A stretch of 64,000 nucleotides of DNA from Octopus bimaculoides (Eukaryota), in the NCBI RefSeq assembly GCF_001194135.2, contig NC_068985.1, positions 40,163,235 to 40,227,234 of the forward strand. Reading direction: 5' to 3'. Both the position numbers and the translations under genes were made by a program. Below the pieces are notes generated by a model. It worked only from the letters and a program-made list of their open reading frames with translations, was not told where the DNA came from and did not search any database. Below, one piece after another: positions 53,129 to 64,000 of this stretch (position 1 is its first letter; each line of letters opens with the position of its first letter).

Positions 53129-54770
53129 TAGATATCATTTTCTCAAAATTAAAACTTTCTTAACAGAATCAAGGTTAAATGGCTTGAAATTTAAGATATA
53201 AACACAATTCAAATTTACTAAGAAAATCTTTCTAGAGCAGTTGACAACAGCTTTTATCAAATTGATTTTAATGTAAATCAATTTAAATACCTGAAGTCTA
53301 ACATATGGAATGTGATATATTATATTACAGAGTTATATCAATGCCAGACACTCTCTTACATTACCAGTATTTTGAACAATATTATGTATACAATCTGGGA
53401 GCAGACTAAGACCAGCCATACTCTGAAGTGTACGCTCTCAAAAATGCATCAACATTATGCATAAATATCTTTATTAGGAACCATACACACGCAATGGTAG
53501 CAACAGTTCTTTGATTCGTGAAGAGTTAAGAAGATAAACAGTTGCTGCACAATGGGACAGAATTCAGAAATTTGGAATTAAGAAGTAAATTTCTTAACCA
53601 CAGTTAACCTCAGCTGATTTAATTCTCTGTTTAGAGGTATTTTCAACTTCAGCATATGCTATATTTCTAGAAGGAGGTTTAAAACAGAATAATAATTCTC
53701 CTTATAAGATTATGAATATACAAGGAAGGGGAAGGAGAGAGAAAGATGCATGTTCTTTCAGTAAATATAATTTTATAGTCAAAAGTAAACACTAATTTTT
53801 CTATACTTAGTCAAAAAAAGAGCAAAATATAATGTGACTAGTTTCAGGTTTTATTAAACTAATGTCAGAGACCACTTAGTTTCTTCCTACAGAGAAAATA
53901 GTAGCTTATAGTAGTTATGTGGACAGAAAATTAATACAAAATTTCTGATTGAAGTTTTAGTAATAGTTGAAATTAATCAGAGCAATCTTTTTTTCTGGTC
54001 ATAGAGAGAAAAATCTGTAGTCCAACCACGTTTTACAACTTTTCCCCCCTTTTTACAGTACGTTTACTTAAAACATACTCTTAATGTTTATCTTACATTA
54101 TCAAATTATTTCAACACCAAAATTGCTTATTCACTATTACTGATTATGTTTTTGTTACTGCTTAGTCAATCCATAGTCGGTCCCAATGGAGCAGATTTAT
54201 GATTGAAGGTGTTGCTCCATGATTACATTGTGTTTCTTTTTCTTTTTCTCAGACATAGCTTATCAGGAAAAACATTATCAAATGTGTAAGAGATTAAGCA
54301 CACATAGTCATGTTCACTCATTGATTAAGACATTTAATAGTTCACACTTTTACTGTCATCTTTGTTTTCTGGTACAAAAGCAAAAAACTATTCTTTTACT
54401 AAACACTGACTTTGGTTAAAATGTATTTTTTCTTATCTGTTTCTCAGAAAGCAAGGGCAATGCACGTCATATATATATTATACACATATATATATATATA
54501 TATATANNNNNNNNNNNNNNNNNNNNNNNNNNNNNNNNNNNNNNNNNNNNNNNNNNNNNNNNNNNNNNNNNNNNNNNNNNNNNNNNNNNNNNNNNNNNNN
54601 NNNNNNNNNNNNNNNNNNNNNNNNNNNNNNNNNNNNNNNNNNNNNNNNNNNNNNNNNNNNNNNNNNNNNNNNNNNNNNNNNNNNNNNNNNNNNNNNNNNN
54701 NNNNNNNNNNNNNNNNNNNNNNNNNNNNNNNNNNNNNNNNNNNNNNNNNNNNNNNNNNNNNNNNNNNNNN

Positions 54771-55159
54771 CTCCGAACATTAGGCCTCACCAAGGCAATG
54801 ACTTGTGACCATGACCTTTGGAAATATGCTGTGCGTGAGAAGACCCGGCAAGCCAAGTGAGACCAAAATCCAAGGCTTCTGCCAGGGATGTAGCCAGCCC
54901 ACTTACGCGTAACATTCCTTCATTGGACACTAAACTCCGCTTGAGAAGACATGGTGAGGTAAGTGAAATCGAAATCAAACTAAATTTGTAGGAACACTAA
55001 ACTCAGCTTGCAAAGACCTGTTGGGGCAAGCGAAAGCGAAATCATGATGGCACCTGTACCAGTGGAGCACTAACAGCACCGTCCGAGCGCGATTGTCACC
55101 AGAGCAGCTGTCTGGCTTCTGTGCCAGTGGCATGTAAATAGCACCAGCATGATCGTTAC
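54771..55159 (+). mobile_element. RTE-clade LINE 3' end between two N gaps
   Basis: LRTLGLTKAMTCDHDLWKYAVREKTRQAK*, then a UTR matching 14485-14790. Confidence 0.9.
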
Positions 55160-56080
55160 NNNNNNNNNNNNNNNNNNNNNNNNNNNNNNNNNNNNNNNNN
55201 NNNNNNNNNNNNNNNNNNNNNNNNNNNNNNNNNNNNNNNNNNNNNNNNNNNNNNNNNNNNNNNNNNNNNNNNNNNNNNNNNNNNNNNNNNNNNNNNNNNN
55301 NNNNNNNNNNNNNNNNNNNNNNNNNNNNNNNNNNNNNNNNNNNNNNNNNNNNNNNNNNNNNNNNNNNNNNNNNNNNNNNNNNNNNNNNNNNNNNNNNNNN
55401 NNNNNNNNNNNNNNNNNNNNNNNNNNNNNNNNNNNNNNNNNNNNNNNNNNNNNNNNNNNNNNNNNNNNNNNNNNNNNNNNNNNNNNNNNNNNNNNNNNNN
55501 NNNNNNNNNNNNNNNNNNNNNNNNNNNNNNNNNNNNNNNNNNNNNNNNNNNNNNNNNNNNNNNNNNNNNNNNNNNNNNNNNNNNNNNNNNNNNNNNNNNN
55601 NNNNNNNNNNNNNNNNNNNNNNNNNNNNNNNNNNNNNNNNNNNNNNNNNNNNNNNNNNNNNNNNNNNNNNNNNNNNNNNNNNNNNNNNNNNNNNNNNNNN
55701 NNNNNNNNNNNNNNNNNNNNNNNNNNNNNNNNNNNNNNNNNNNNNNNNNNNNNNNNNNNNNNNNNNNNNNNNNNNNNNNNNNNNNNNNNNNNNNNNNNNN
55801 NNNNNNNNNNNNNNNNNNNNNNNNNNNNNNNNNNNNNNNNNNNNNNNNNNNNNNNNNNNNNNNNNNNNNNNNNNNNNNNNNNNNNNNNNNNNNNNNNNNN
55901 NNNNNNNNNNNNNNNNNNNNNNNNNNNNNNNNNNNNNNNNNNNNNNNNNNNNNNNNNNNNNNNNNNNNNNNNNNNNNNNNNNNNNNNNNNNNNNNNNNNN
56001 NNNNNNNNNNNNNNNNNNNNNNNNNNNNNNNNNNNNNNNNNNNNNNNNNNNNNNNNNNNNNNNNNNNNNNNNNNNNNNNN
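55160..56080. other. Assembly gap (largest of seven; others 16565-16666, 19953-20068, 23975-24278, 44958-45164, 50400-50523, 54507-54770)
   Basis: N runs, mostly adjoining microsatellites or young repeats. Confidence 1.
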
Positions 56081-57329
56081 NAACCAAGGAATTTGTCATT
56101 GTGGCTGCTCCAGAAATGGGGCCAATGTGAAGATGGCTTAAAAAACAAAAAATTTTTAAAAAGACGAGAATCAACAGTTTATACTTCATTATCTGTGGTG
56201 GGTAACAATGTCAATAGAATGTAGTAGAAAATGTCTTGTAGTATTTCATTATCTCTTTATGTTCTAAGTTCAAGTTCAGCTGGTGATAACTGGATTTGTG
56301 TATAATACACAATTTTACTCCCCCATCTTTTTGGGATTGCACATTCTATTAAGTATATCACTATATTCAGGATATCATGACAAGAAGTTAGTTATATCTA
56401 CTGTCCAAGGTAAGTCGTGTGTAACAATCTATTAGTATGACTATAATAATGTTGGTCCCCATCACTAACACCATAACAGTGGTAATATATTAAATGTTTA
56501 TCACAACTGGTAGATCTAATGGAATTATTGCCACCAACCTTGAGTATGGAAGGCTAGAATGTAATACTGCCAATATAGAAAATACAACTTGATTTATTTA
56601 ATGTGGTATGAAGGGGAAATTAGGAAAAAGGAGAATTGATGCTTTGTGACAATTTTGATCACCATAAACAAATCATCCCTGCAGGAAATAGCTGAACCAT
56701 CTTTCTCAGTCCTGAGAGACTACCATTATTATAATCAAAATGGATAATACAAAGATATTACCATGATCAAAATGAGAATATAAATTGAGAAAATATAAAT
56801 ACTTTTGTTTCTGAAGTAATGTAATTACTGGGATGAACTGTCACTGTATACATTTCTGTTGAAAGGACAAACATGTTTGACAATGGAAGTATTTAAATGG
56901 AAGTATCACAGAAATGTTTACATTCTGCTTTGTCTTTTATATCATATTCTGTGGTGGCTGACTTTTCACAAGTTCACTTTTCTGTAGATACATTTTTACA
57001 GACTACAATGATAAAGTTCAAAGGTCACTTTTGAATTTTGAGGAGACATGAACTTTTTCAATGCAATTAAAACAAATCTAACTAAACACTCCTTTTGTTA
57101 TGTTATAATATGAAGAGGAGAAAAGGTGTATGCATTATAGAAATATTAAATCAATCCCAGTACTTAATTGATATTTTATGGTATCAACTTCACTTTGGTG
57201 AGATTTTAATTGCAGACATTTTGTCTGATGATCTAATGATTTTACCAATCCAATGCATACCAGCCAAGTTTTACTCTCAGAAACATGTGGTCAATTGTAG
57301 AAATTACTACTGTCATTACTCTGTTCAAG

Positions 57330-58575
57330 TATAGTGGATAGCAGAATTAGTTAAATGTCAAGCAAAATGCTTTGAATTATTTAGTTATGATCCTTTCATT
57401 CTGAATTCAAAACCCACCAAGATCAACTTTGCCTTTCATCCCCCTGGGGTGGATAAAATAAAGTACCATCCAAGTATTGGGGTTGATTTAATTGATTATA
57501 CACTCTCCCAAAATGTGTGGCTTTGTGTTAATATTAGAAATTAACATTTAGTTAAGTCCCTTGCAGATGACACTGTTAGCTGTCTCAAATGCAGCCATAC
57601 AAATATAGTAAAGTTTTCAAAACTTATTTTATCCATATATTCTATAACATGTATGAGTAGATGTGAAATAGTAATAGCAAAAAATTAATATTTTACATTG
57701 CGTTATTGTCATCATTATACCAATGCTCTAAATGATATTGATAGAATTGTTACAGAATTAAAATAATTTGCTCTTGCCCTTTATGTTTTAAGTTCAAATT
57801 CTACTAAGGTCAATTTTACCTTTCATCCTTTTGGGATTAATAAAATCACCAACTGGAGTTGATGGATTTGACTGACCTTCTCTCATCAAAATGCACCTAA
57901 TCAGAAACTTTTCATCCTGCTAATGTTGATAAAATAATGTACCCTTCAAGTAGTTGATGATATTGGCTAATACTCTCCCTTCAAAATTGCTGGACTTGAG
58001 CCTAAATCAAAAATCACATTGGAAATAACACCTTAATTTGGTAAGGTGGGTATAGTTAAGAAGATCAACTCAAGTATTTGATTGTTACTATACTGGTAGG
58101 ATGAAAGATAAAGGTGAATTTGGCAGGATTCAAATTTAAAATGTAACAGGTCATAACTAAATGCAGTAAGCTATTTTATCCAATGTTCTAACAATTCTAC
58201 CAAACCACAACCTGAAGATTTATATCACCAGTATTACTGTATGAGAAATATTTTTTATTGATAGTGCCAATGATTCTTTCATGAATACAAAATCACAAAC
58301 TTATCAGAAAGATGTATTGTTGATCAAATTAATCCAGCACAAGATTATCGATTCTTGAGGAATTAACAGCAAAGTCTATCCCAGTAGCATTTCAACTCTG
58401 AACATTATTGATGTAATTATTAGTTTCTTACAATAAGAACAAAGCCATAAATTTTGTGGAGCAGAACAATCAGTTATATTGACTGCACAACTTCACTGGT
58501 AACATACTTTATTGACTCTGGAAAGATGACAGACAGAATTGACACCAAGGAGATTTGAACTCAGAAGTTAACAGA
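57330..58575. mobile_element. Cluster of about five old family B SINE remnants in both orientations
   Basis: ttcaaa...caactttgcctttcatcc on + near 57400 and 57790; reverse-complement forms near 58100 and 58520. Confidence 0.65.
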
Positions 58576-58671
58576 AACTATAACTTTTTTTTTTTTTTTT
58601 TTTTTTGCTAATCCAACACTCTTCATTGACAACAATATTGATTTCTTACACTGGAATAAAGTTACAAATTG

Positions 58672-58741
<70 letters not shown>

Positions 58742-59324
58742 TGTTTAGAATTCTATAACTAACTAAAAGTAAGATGTTCTACAATTGCTTGAAAGCAATA
58801 ATACTGTTCAAATGTAAAGAAGGATATGAGCCCACCCAAGCTCTCGCTTTTGTCATTTTCCTTCCATAATAGTATACTATTTGAAGCATCAAGTATTATT
58901 AATAGGTGTTTCAGAATTCTGAAAGACTGAAAAATAACTTAATGCTACATCAAGATGTTATCACAATCATGCTGATAATTGAAATGATTTCTGACAATGA
59001 AAACTTTTCATTTGATAATATAGTTTCTGGCACATGTGTTTGCTTTCTTATATGTTGCAAAATATTTTGAAATAAGTGGAAGAAGATGGAACTAGAGAGA
59101 TTTTATTTAAAGAAAATAAACTTTTGTATATATAATGAACTTTATATTTCCTACATCTTACATACACGCAAAGTCTGGAATAACAAATGAGATTAAAAAG
59201 AAACCCACAATACACAGACAGTCCACTGCCCAATAAATTTCTCATTTCTAATACATACAATCTTACATCTTTCTTTTCCTTTATTGTTTTCACTCATATT
59301 TTATTCCTCTCTCTCTCTCTCTTC

Positions 59325-59399
<75 letters not shown>

Positions 59400-59403
<4 letters not shown>

Positions 59404-59557
59404 AATGGAATTTAAGTCAACAACCTAGTACCAGCAGTTTCATACAGGCTGATTAGCCAGTAGTAATTCAAACATACCCGTTTGTTGAATAACAACTGGT
59501 TAATCAGCCAATTAGACCATTGATGCAAGGCTGTTGGATAATTAAATTCCATTAAAA
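59400..59557. other. 158-bp nested palindrome (MITE-like) with an inner 63-nt pre-miRNA-like hairpin
   Basis: Perfect 16-bp outer IR ttttaatggaatttaa (59400-59415/59542-59557); inner 15-bp stem 59447-59461/59495-59509 with one G-U. Confidence 0.6.
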
Positions 59558-59925
59558 CGTATATATATATATATATATATATATATGCATTATGCATGTG
59601 CATCTATCAATATATAAACAAATGTGAGGGATGAATATTCAATACACACAGTAGAGTTAATACTAACAATAAAAAAGAGATTTTATATCATTGGTTATCT
59701 GAGTTTTATATGATTGCTTTTTGCTACGATTAAATTTTTTATTATAACATTCAAGATTATTTCAGAAATATAAATTCTAGTACTTAAAATTCAACCATGT
59801 CAAGGTCAGTGTCTTCTAGTGTAGTTCCAAGCTGACCAATACATTGTGAGAGAATTTGATAGAGTAAAATTGTATGAAACTTGTTTTCTCTCTCTCCTTT
59901 TGCAGATGTAAAAACAAATGAACAA

Positions 59926-60093
59926 GCAGGAGTGGCTGTGTGGTAAGTAGCTTGCTCACCAACCACATGGTTCCGGGTTCAGTCCCACTGCGTGGCACCT
60001 TGGGCAAGTGTCTTCTACTATAGCCTCGGGCCGACCAAAGCCTTGTGAGTGGATTTGGTAGACGGAAACTGAAAGAAGCCCGTCGTATATATG

Positions 60094-60124
<31 letters not shown>

Positions 60125-60342
60125 TTGTGTGTCTGTGTTTGTCCTCCTAGCATTGCTTGACAACCGATGCTGGTGTGTTTATGTCCCCGTCACTTAGCGG
60201 TTCGGCAAAAAGAGACCGATAGAATAAGTACTAGGCTTACAAAGAATAAGTCCCGGGGTCGATTTGCTCGACTAAAGGCGGTGCTCCAGCATGGCCGCAG
60301 TCAAATGACTGAAACAAGTAAAAGTGTAAAAGTGTAAAAGTG
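59926..60342 (+). mobile_element. tRNA-derived SINE, family A, best-preserved copy
   Basis: Pol III A-box-like gtggctgtgtggt and B-box-like ggttcagtccc; CORE-like caccttgggcaagtg segment; many retained CpGs; (taaaagtg)x3 tail. Confidence 0.92.
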
Positions 60343-61033
60343 TATATATGTCTTCATTTACTTTTTCAATTGATTTCTTTCCTTTGTATATGCATATATA
60401 CACACATGACTAACTCAACCTGATGTCACAAAAATTGCTACAAGAATCAATAAAAACAACAACAACAAAATTTAATTGCTGTAATAATTTGATAATAGAA
60501 AAATGTGTGTGCTGATCTTAAAAGTATTGAAGGAAATGCAACAGATATTAACATGAAATACATAATACAGAGAAACATTAAGAAACAGAAATAGCTTTTG
60601 CTAAGAAATCCTTTGGCAAAGCAAGGTTCCAACACCAGAGAGATCATCTACAGATTTGTTAAGAAATATGAACAGGAGAGAATATAGCTGTCAACATGAA
60701 ATGTAAATGACATTTGTTCAGACAAGCAAAAATTGATAATATTAGTCGCATAAATTGTCCTAGTTTAGCAAGTCAATCAAATGAAAGACTATCTTATTGT
60801 ATAATACAGGCAATCCCTAACAATATCTGGATAATAATAGTAGTAGTGGTAGTGGTGGTTTTGGTGGTGAGTAAATTAACATGATTATACGATTATGTAT
60901 GCAGCAGAGGGAAACTTATGGTAAGGATTACATGACAAAACAATAGGATCCAAATCTCTGTGGAAAGTGGACGTTAAACGATGATGATGATGATGGTGAT
61001 ATATATATATGTGCATGTATGTATATGTGCATG

Positions 61034-61087
<54 letters not shown>

Positions 61088-61089
61088 CA

Positions 61090-61950
61090 CAGTGAGAGAT
61101 AGGTAAATTGTCGCCATTTTATATCTTTATGCGCATTGTTTGTTTTTGATTTTGTTGGCTACACAGTATAGTAGGGTCAGTTGGGCACCATGTGTGAGAA
61201 AAACACCACCATGACACAATTCACTCTGCCAGAAATTTGGAAATGATATGCTGTACTGCTTGGCATTCACACCAGATGTTCCAATACAAACATTTCAGAG
61301 TGTGTGGATATTAATTTGAGAATAGTGCATTCTGAGGACATGTACCGAGAGTGATAAAAATCAAACATCTAGTCAACATCATAGTGTCTGGAGTAATCAC
61401 TAGTAATTGTGGCATTATGCTTCCATCTATCTTCCCACACAGCCTCAGATTCAACATTGAGGCCTACATCAAGTGCCTGTAGGAGGTAGTGCTGCTCTGG
61501 GCCAAGAGGGTGGCTGCTGGAAGACCCTGTGTTTGGAAACAGGACTCTGCACAATGCCACACAAGCAGGAGAACCCAGTCATGGCTGTCAGACAATTTCT
61601 GCAACCATATCACCCCTAACATCCTCAGACTGCAACCCTCTTGATTATTATGTGTGGGGCACAGTTGAGCAAGAGACCAACAAAACTCCTTGTAACATCA
61701 AAGATGAACTGAAGGCAAGGATTATGGCAGCATTCACTAACTTAAACAAGGAGACCATCCAGAAGGGTTGCAGGAGATTTCGAAGTCATCTGGAGGCCAT
61801 GATTGAAGCGAATGGTGATTTTATTGAATAAATTTACTCTTTAGCATTTCAAGATATTTTTATGTAATTTTGGTAAATATATCAGTTAAAATGAGATGTC
61901 AGTGTTATTTTCATTTTTGTGTAATTTAGACAACAGTTTATTCACCATAT
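61090..61950 (+). mobile_element. Mariner-superfamily remnant, maT/DD37D-like, internally deleted
   Basis: AYIKCL*EVVLLWAKRVAAGRPCVWKQDSAQCHTSRRTQSWLSDNF...SSDCNPLDYYVWG...EANGDFIE* (stop 61829-61831); third catalytic residue is D; TIRs weak. Confidence 0.85.
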
Positions 61951-61968
61951 ATATGTGTGTGTGTATAA

Positions 61969-62010
<42 letters not shown>

Positions 62011-62549
62011 GTATATAATCATTTCAAATTCCCAGAAATGATCAAAAGACGAGGTACTATATTTTATGATTTTTTTTTCCCTAGAATATTATGCAAAAAA
62101 AAAAAAATATCAGGCCATGGGTAAATAATGCCTTGCTTGGAAACAGATGAAAGTTGGTGACAGGGAGAGAGCATCAGGCCGTAGGAAATCTACCTCAATA
62201 AATTCCATCTGGCCCATGCAAGCATGGAAATGTGGATGTTAAAACAATGATGATGATGAATTTCTAGAAACTACGAAATAAGAGATATGTTATGATTTAT
62301 ATCCTAGAATTCTTGGAAACATTTAGAAATATGCTAAATAACCATATTTTGCTTTAAGTGTCTCCATACAGGCATTGGTCTCTCTAGGTATGTGCACAAA
62401 TTTTAGAAAAAGTACATAAAACATCAATAATAGCTTTCATCATAGGGAACAATTACAAAAATTCAAGAAAAGTTATGAAAGTCCAACATGCTAAGTTTTA
62501 TGTGCATCATGAAATAGTGAGGTGAAAAATGAAATGCATAAAAAATTAC

Positions 62550-62661
62550 CCATTTCAGTTCTCAACATTTCAGATGCTTCTAGTACTAAATACAGTCCAC
62601 TAATAATGGACCCAATTTCACCCAGAAGGCTTGGAGAAAAACAATACTTATTTAAAGACTC
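62550..62661 (-). CDS. Candidate exon, 112 nt: ESLNKYCFSPSLLGEIGSIISGLYLVLEASEMLRTEM (product unknown)
   Basis: Acceptor ttttatctctatgtgttatcttgggcag, open frame, donor G/gtaatt; no partner exon found. Confidence 0.25.
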
Positions 62662-63039
62662 CTGCCCAAGATAACACATAGAGATAAAACATTTTCAGAT
62701 GGTAAATGCTAGTTTGTAGAGTGTCAGTAAAAACTGGTGTTTCTTATATCCCCATCCACTCCATTAATAATAATGGATTGATTTTGTATTGATTTTATTT
62801 AGAAATCAAACAATCAAAAATCTGTCAAATATTTAAATCAGTACACCTGGTTTGACAAAGTGCATAATAGCAATAATTTTCAATATAATTTCATAGTGGT
62901 TAGTTGAAAGAAATGTAAGTGGCTGTGACAAAGTTGTAATAGTGCTTAAAACTGCAGTTCATAAATTTTTTTACAACAGCCAGTCCTTTCTTGTTAGGTG
63001 AGTCTCAAAACACCATATTCTATCTCTGCAGATAGACCG

Positions 63040-64000
63040 TGATTACAATTTCCAATTCACTTTTTACTATTTAACCATCTGAAATGGTCAACACATGCTA
63101 GATTTCATCACTGAAAACAACCATCTAAGCCTAAATACCAAATTTCAAAAAGAGAGATCTAGACTATGGACACATACCTATTCCAGTGGTGTCACAACCC
63201 AACTGGATTATGTCTTCATAAACACAGAGTGGAAAAAAAGTGCTCTAGATTGCTAAGTATATAATTCCATTGGCTGAGTTAGTTCTGGCCATCTAGTACT
63301 ATCTACCAGAATTCAACCAAGCTTATGTACCATAAAGAAGAAACCTAAAAATTTCTTCCATATGACTGGTCAGTACTTAACAACAGTACATCATCTTGAT
63401 CAAACACAAGCAGAAACTTAAATCAACTCCTCAAATGCAATATACTGTAATTTTATTATCTCTCAACAACAAACTACTGAAGAATGTTTTCCTATCAAGA
63501 CAAAAATCGAATGTTAACTCTCATAGGAGTCTTAAGCAATAAATGAGATGTGCAATCAATTGAAGGATGAACTCCTTATTTAAAATCAATTAAGCCTTCC
63601 AATCTAACAACAGAAATATGTTGAAAGAAAAATGCTAGCAAGCAGCTGTAAACAAACAATACTCCACAGCATTGCAAATTGCTAATGAAATCAGTGGCAG
63701 AAAAAGTATGAATAAATTGAAACTAAAAGCCATAATTCTGCAGGAACAACTAAACAAGTAGAAAGAACACTTTCAAAACTTTCTCAGTAATTCAGGAGCA
63801 ATTTCAGATAAAAACACAGAAGCTAATATTAAACACAATCTTGACATCAAACTTTGTGATTTCACATGAGATGAACTTAGTGGTATCCTGAAAAGAACCA
63901 ACAGAGAAGAAAAAAAACAAAACAAGAAGTTTGAGTAATACAACATTTCAGTAATATCTGCATTCAATTTTGTAATGCAGTGATCATCATTCAATGACCA
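63040..64000 (+). mobile_element. RTE-X-like LINE fragment (AP endonuclease C-terminus and linker), runs off the window
   Basis: NGQHMLDFITENNHLSLNTKFQK..LWTHTY...QLDYVFINTEW...SSGHL (SDH-like), then NEISGRKS...KEHFQNFL...LDIKLCDFT*DEL. Confidence 0.85.

Noticed and set aside
54412-56189. Longest ORFs in the track (up to 404 aa)
   Set aside because: Almost entirely N gaps, which contain no stop codons; the same applies to ORFs at 16.4, 19.9, 23.9, 44.9 and 50.3 kb.
59926-60000. tRNA-like sequence with A and B boxes
   Set aside because: It is the head of a multicopy SINE; no cloverleaf tRNA gene seen anywhere in the window.

Overview
AT-rich, microsatellite-rich eukaryotic DNA with seven N gaps. 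The SINE and RTE-tail families look like those of Octopus (recognised from memory, not searched). No recognisable intact protein-coding gene was found: the ORF track is microsatellite-derived, N-spanning, transposon-derived or short and unrecognisable. A few isolated candidate exons suggest the window may be intronic. Mobile elements: degenerate Helitron Rep (12.5-14.0 kb); full-length Tc1-type element with 30-bp TIRs and DD36E spacing (52.0-53.1 kb); maT/DD37D-like mariner remnant (61 kb); two TTAA-flanked piggyBac-type MITEs; RTE 3' ends; an RTE-X-like LINE; an L2/CR1-type LINE; many tRNA-type SINEs. The most notable signal is a set of minimal type I hammerhead-ribozyme motifs of the kind carried by Penelope-like retroelements. 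Two have a CUGAAGA core (260-300, 5767-5802). A divergent pair with a U3-A8 covariant core lies in the arms of a 184-bp inverted repeat (3.2-3.7 kb). There are also two pre-miRNA-like hairpins and several local direct or inverted duplications. All analysis is by eye, and old-repeat boundaries are approximate.
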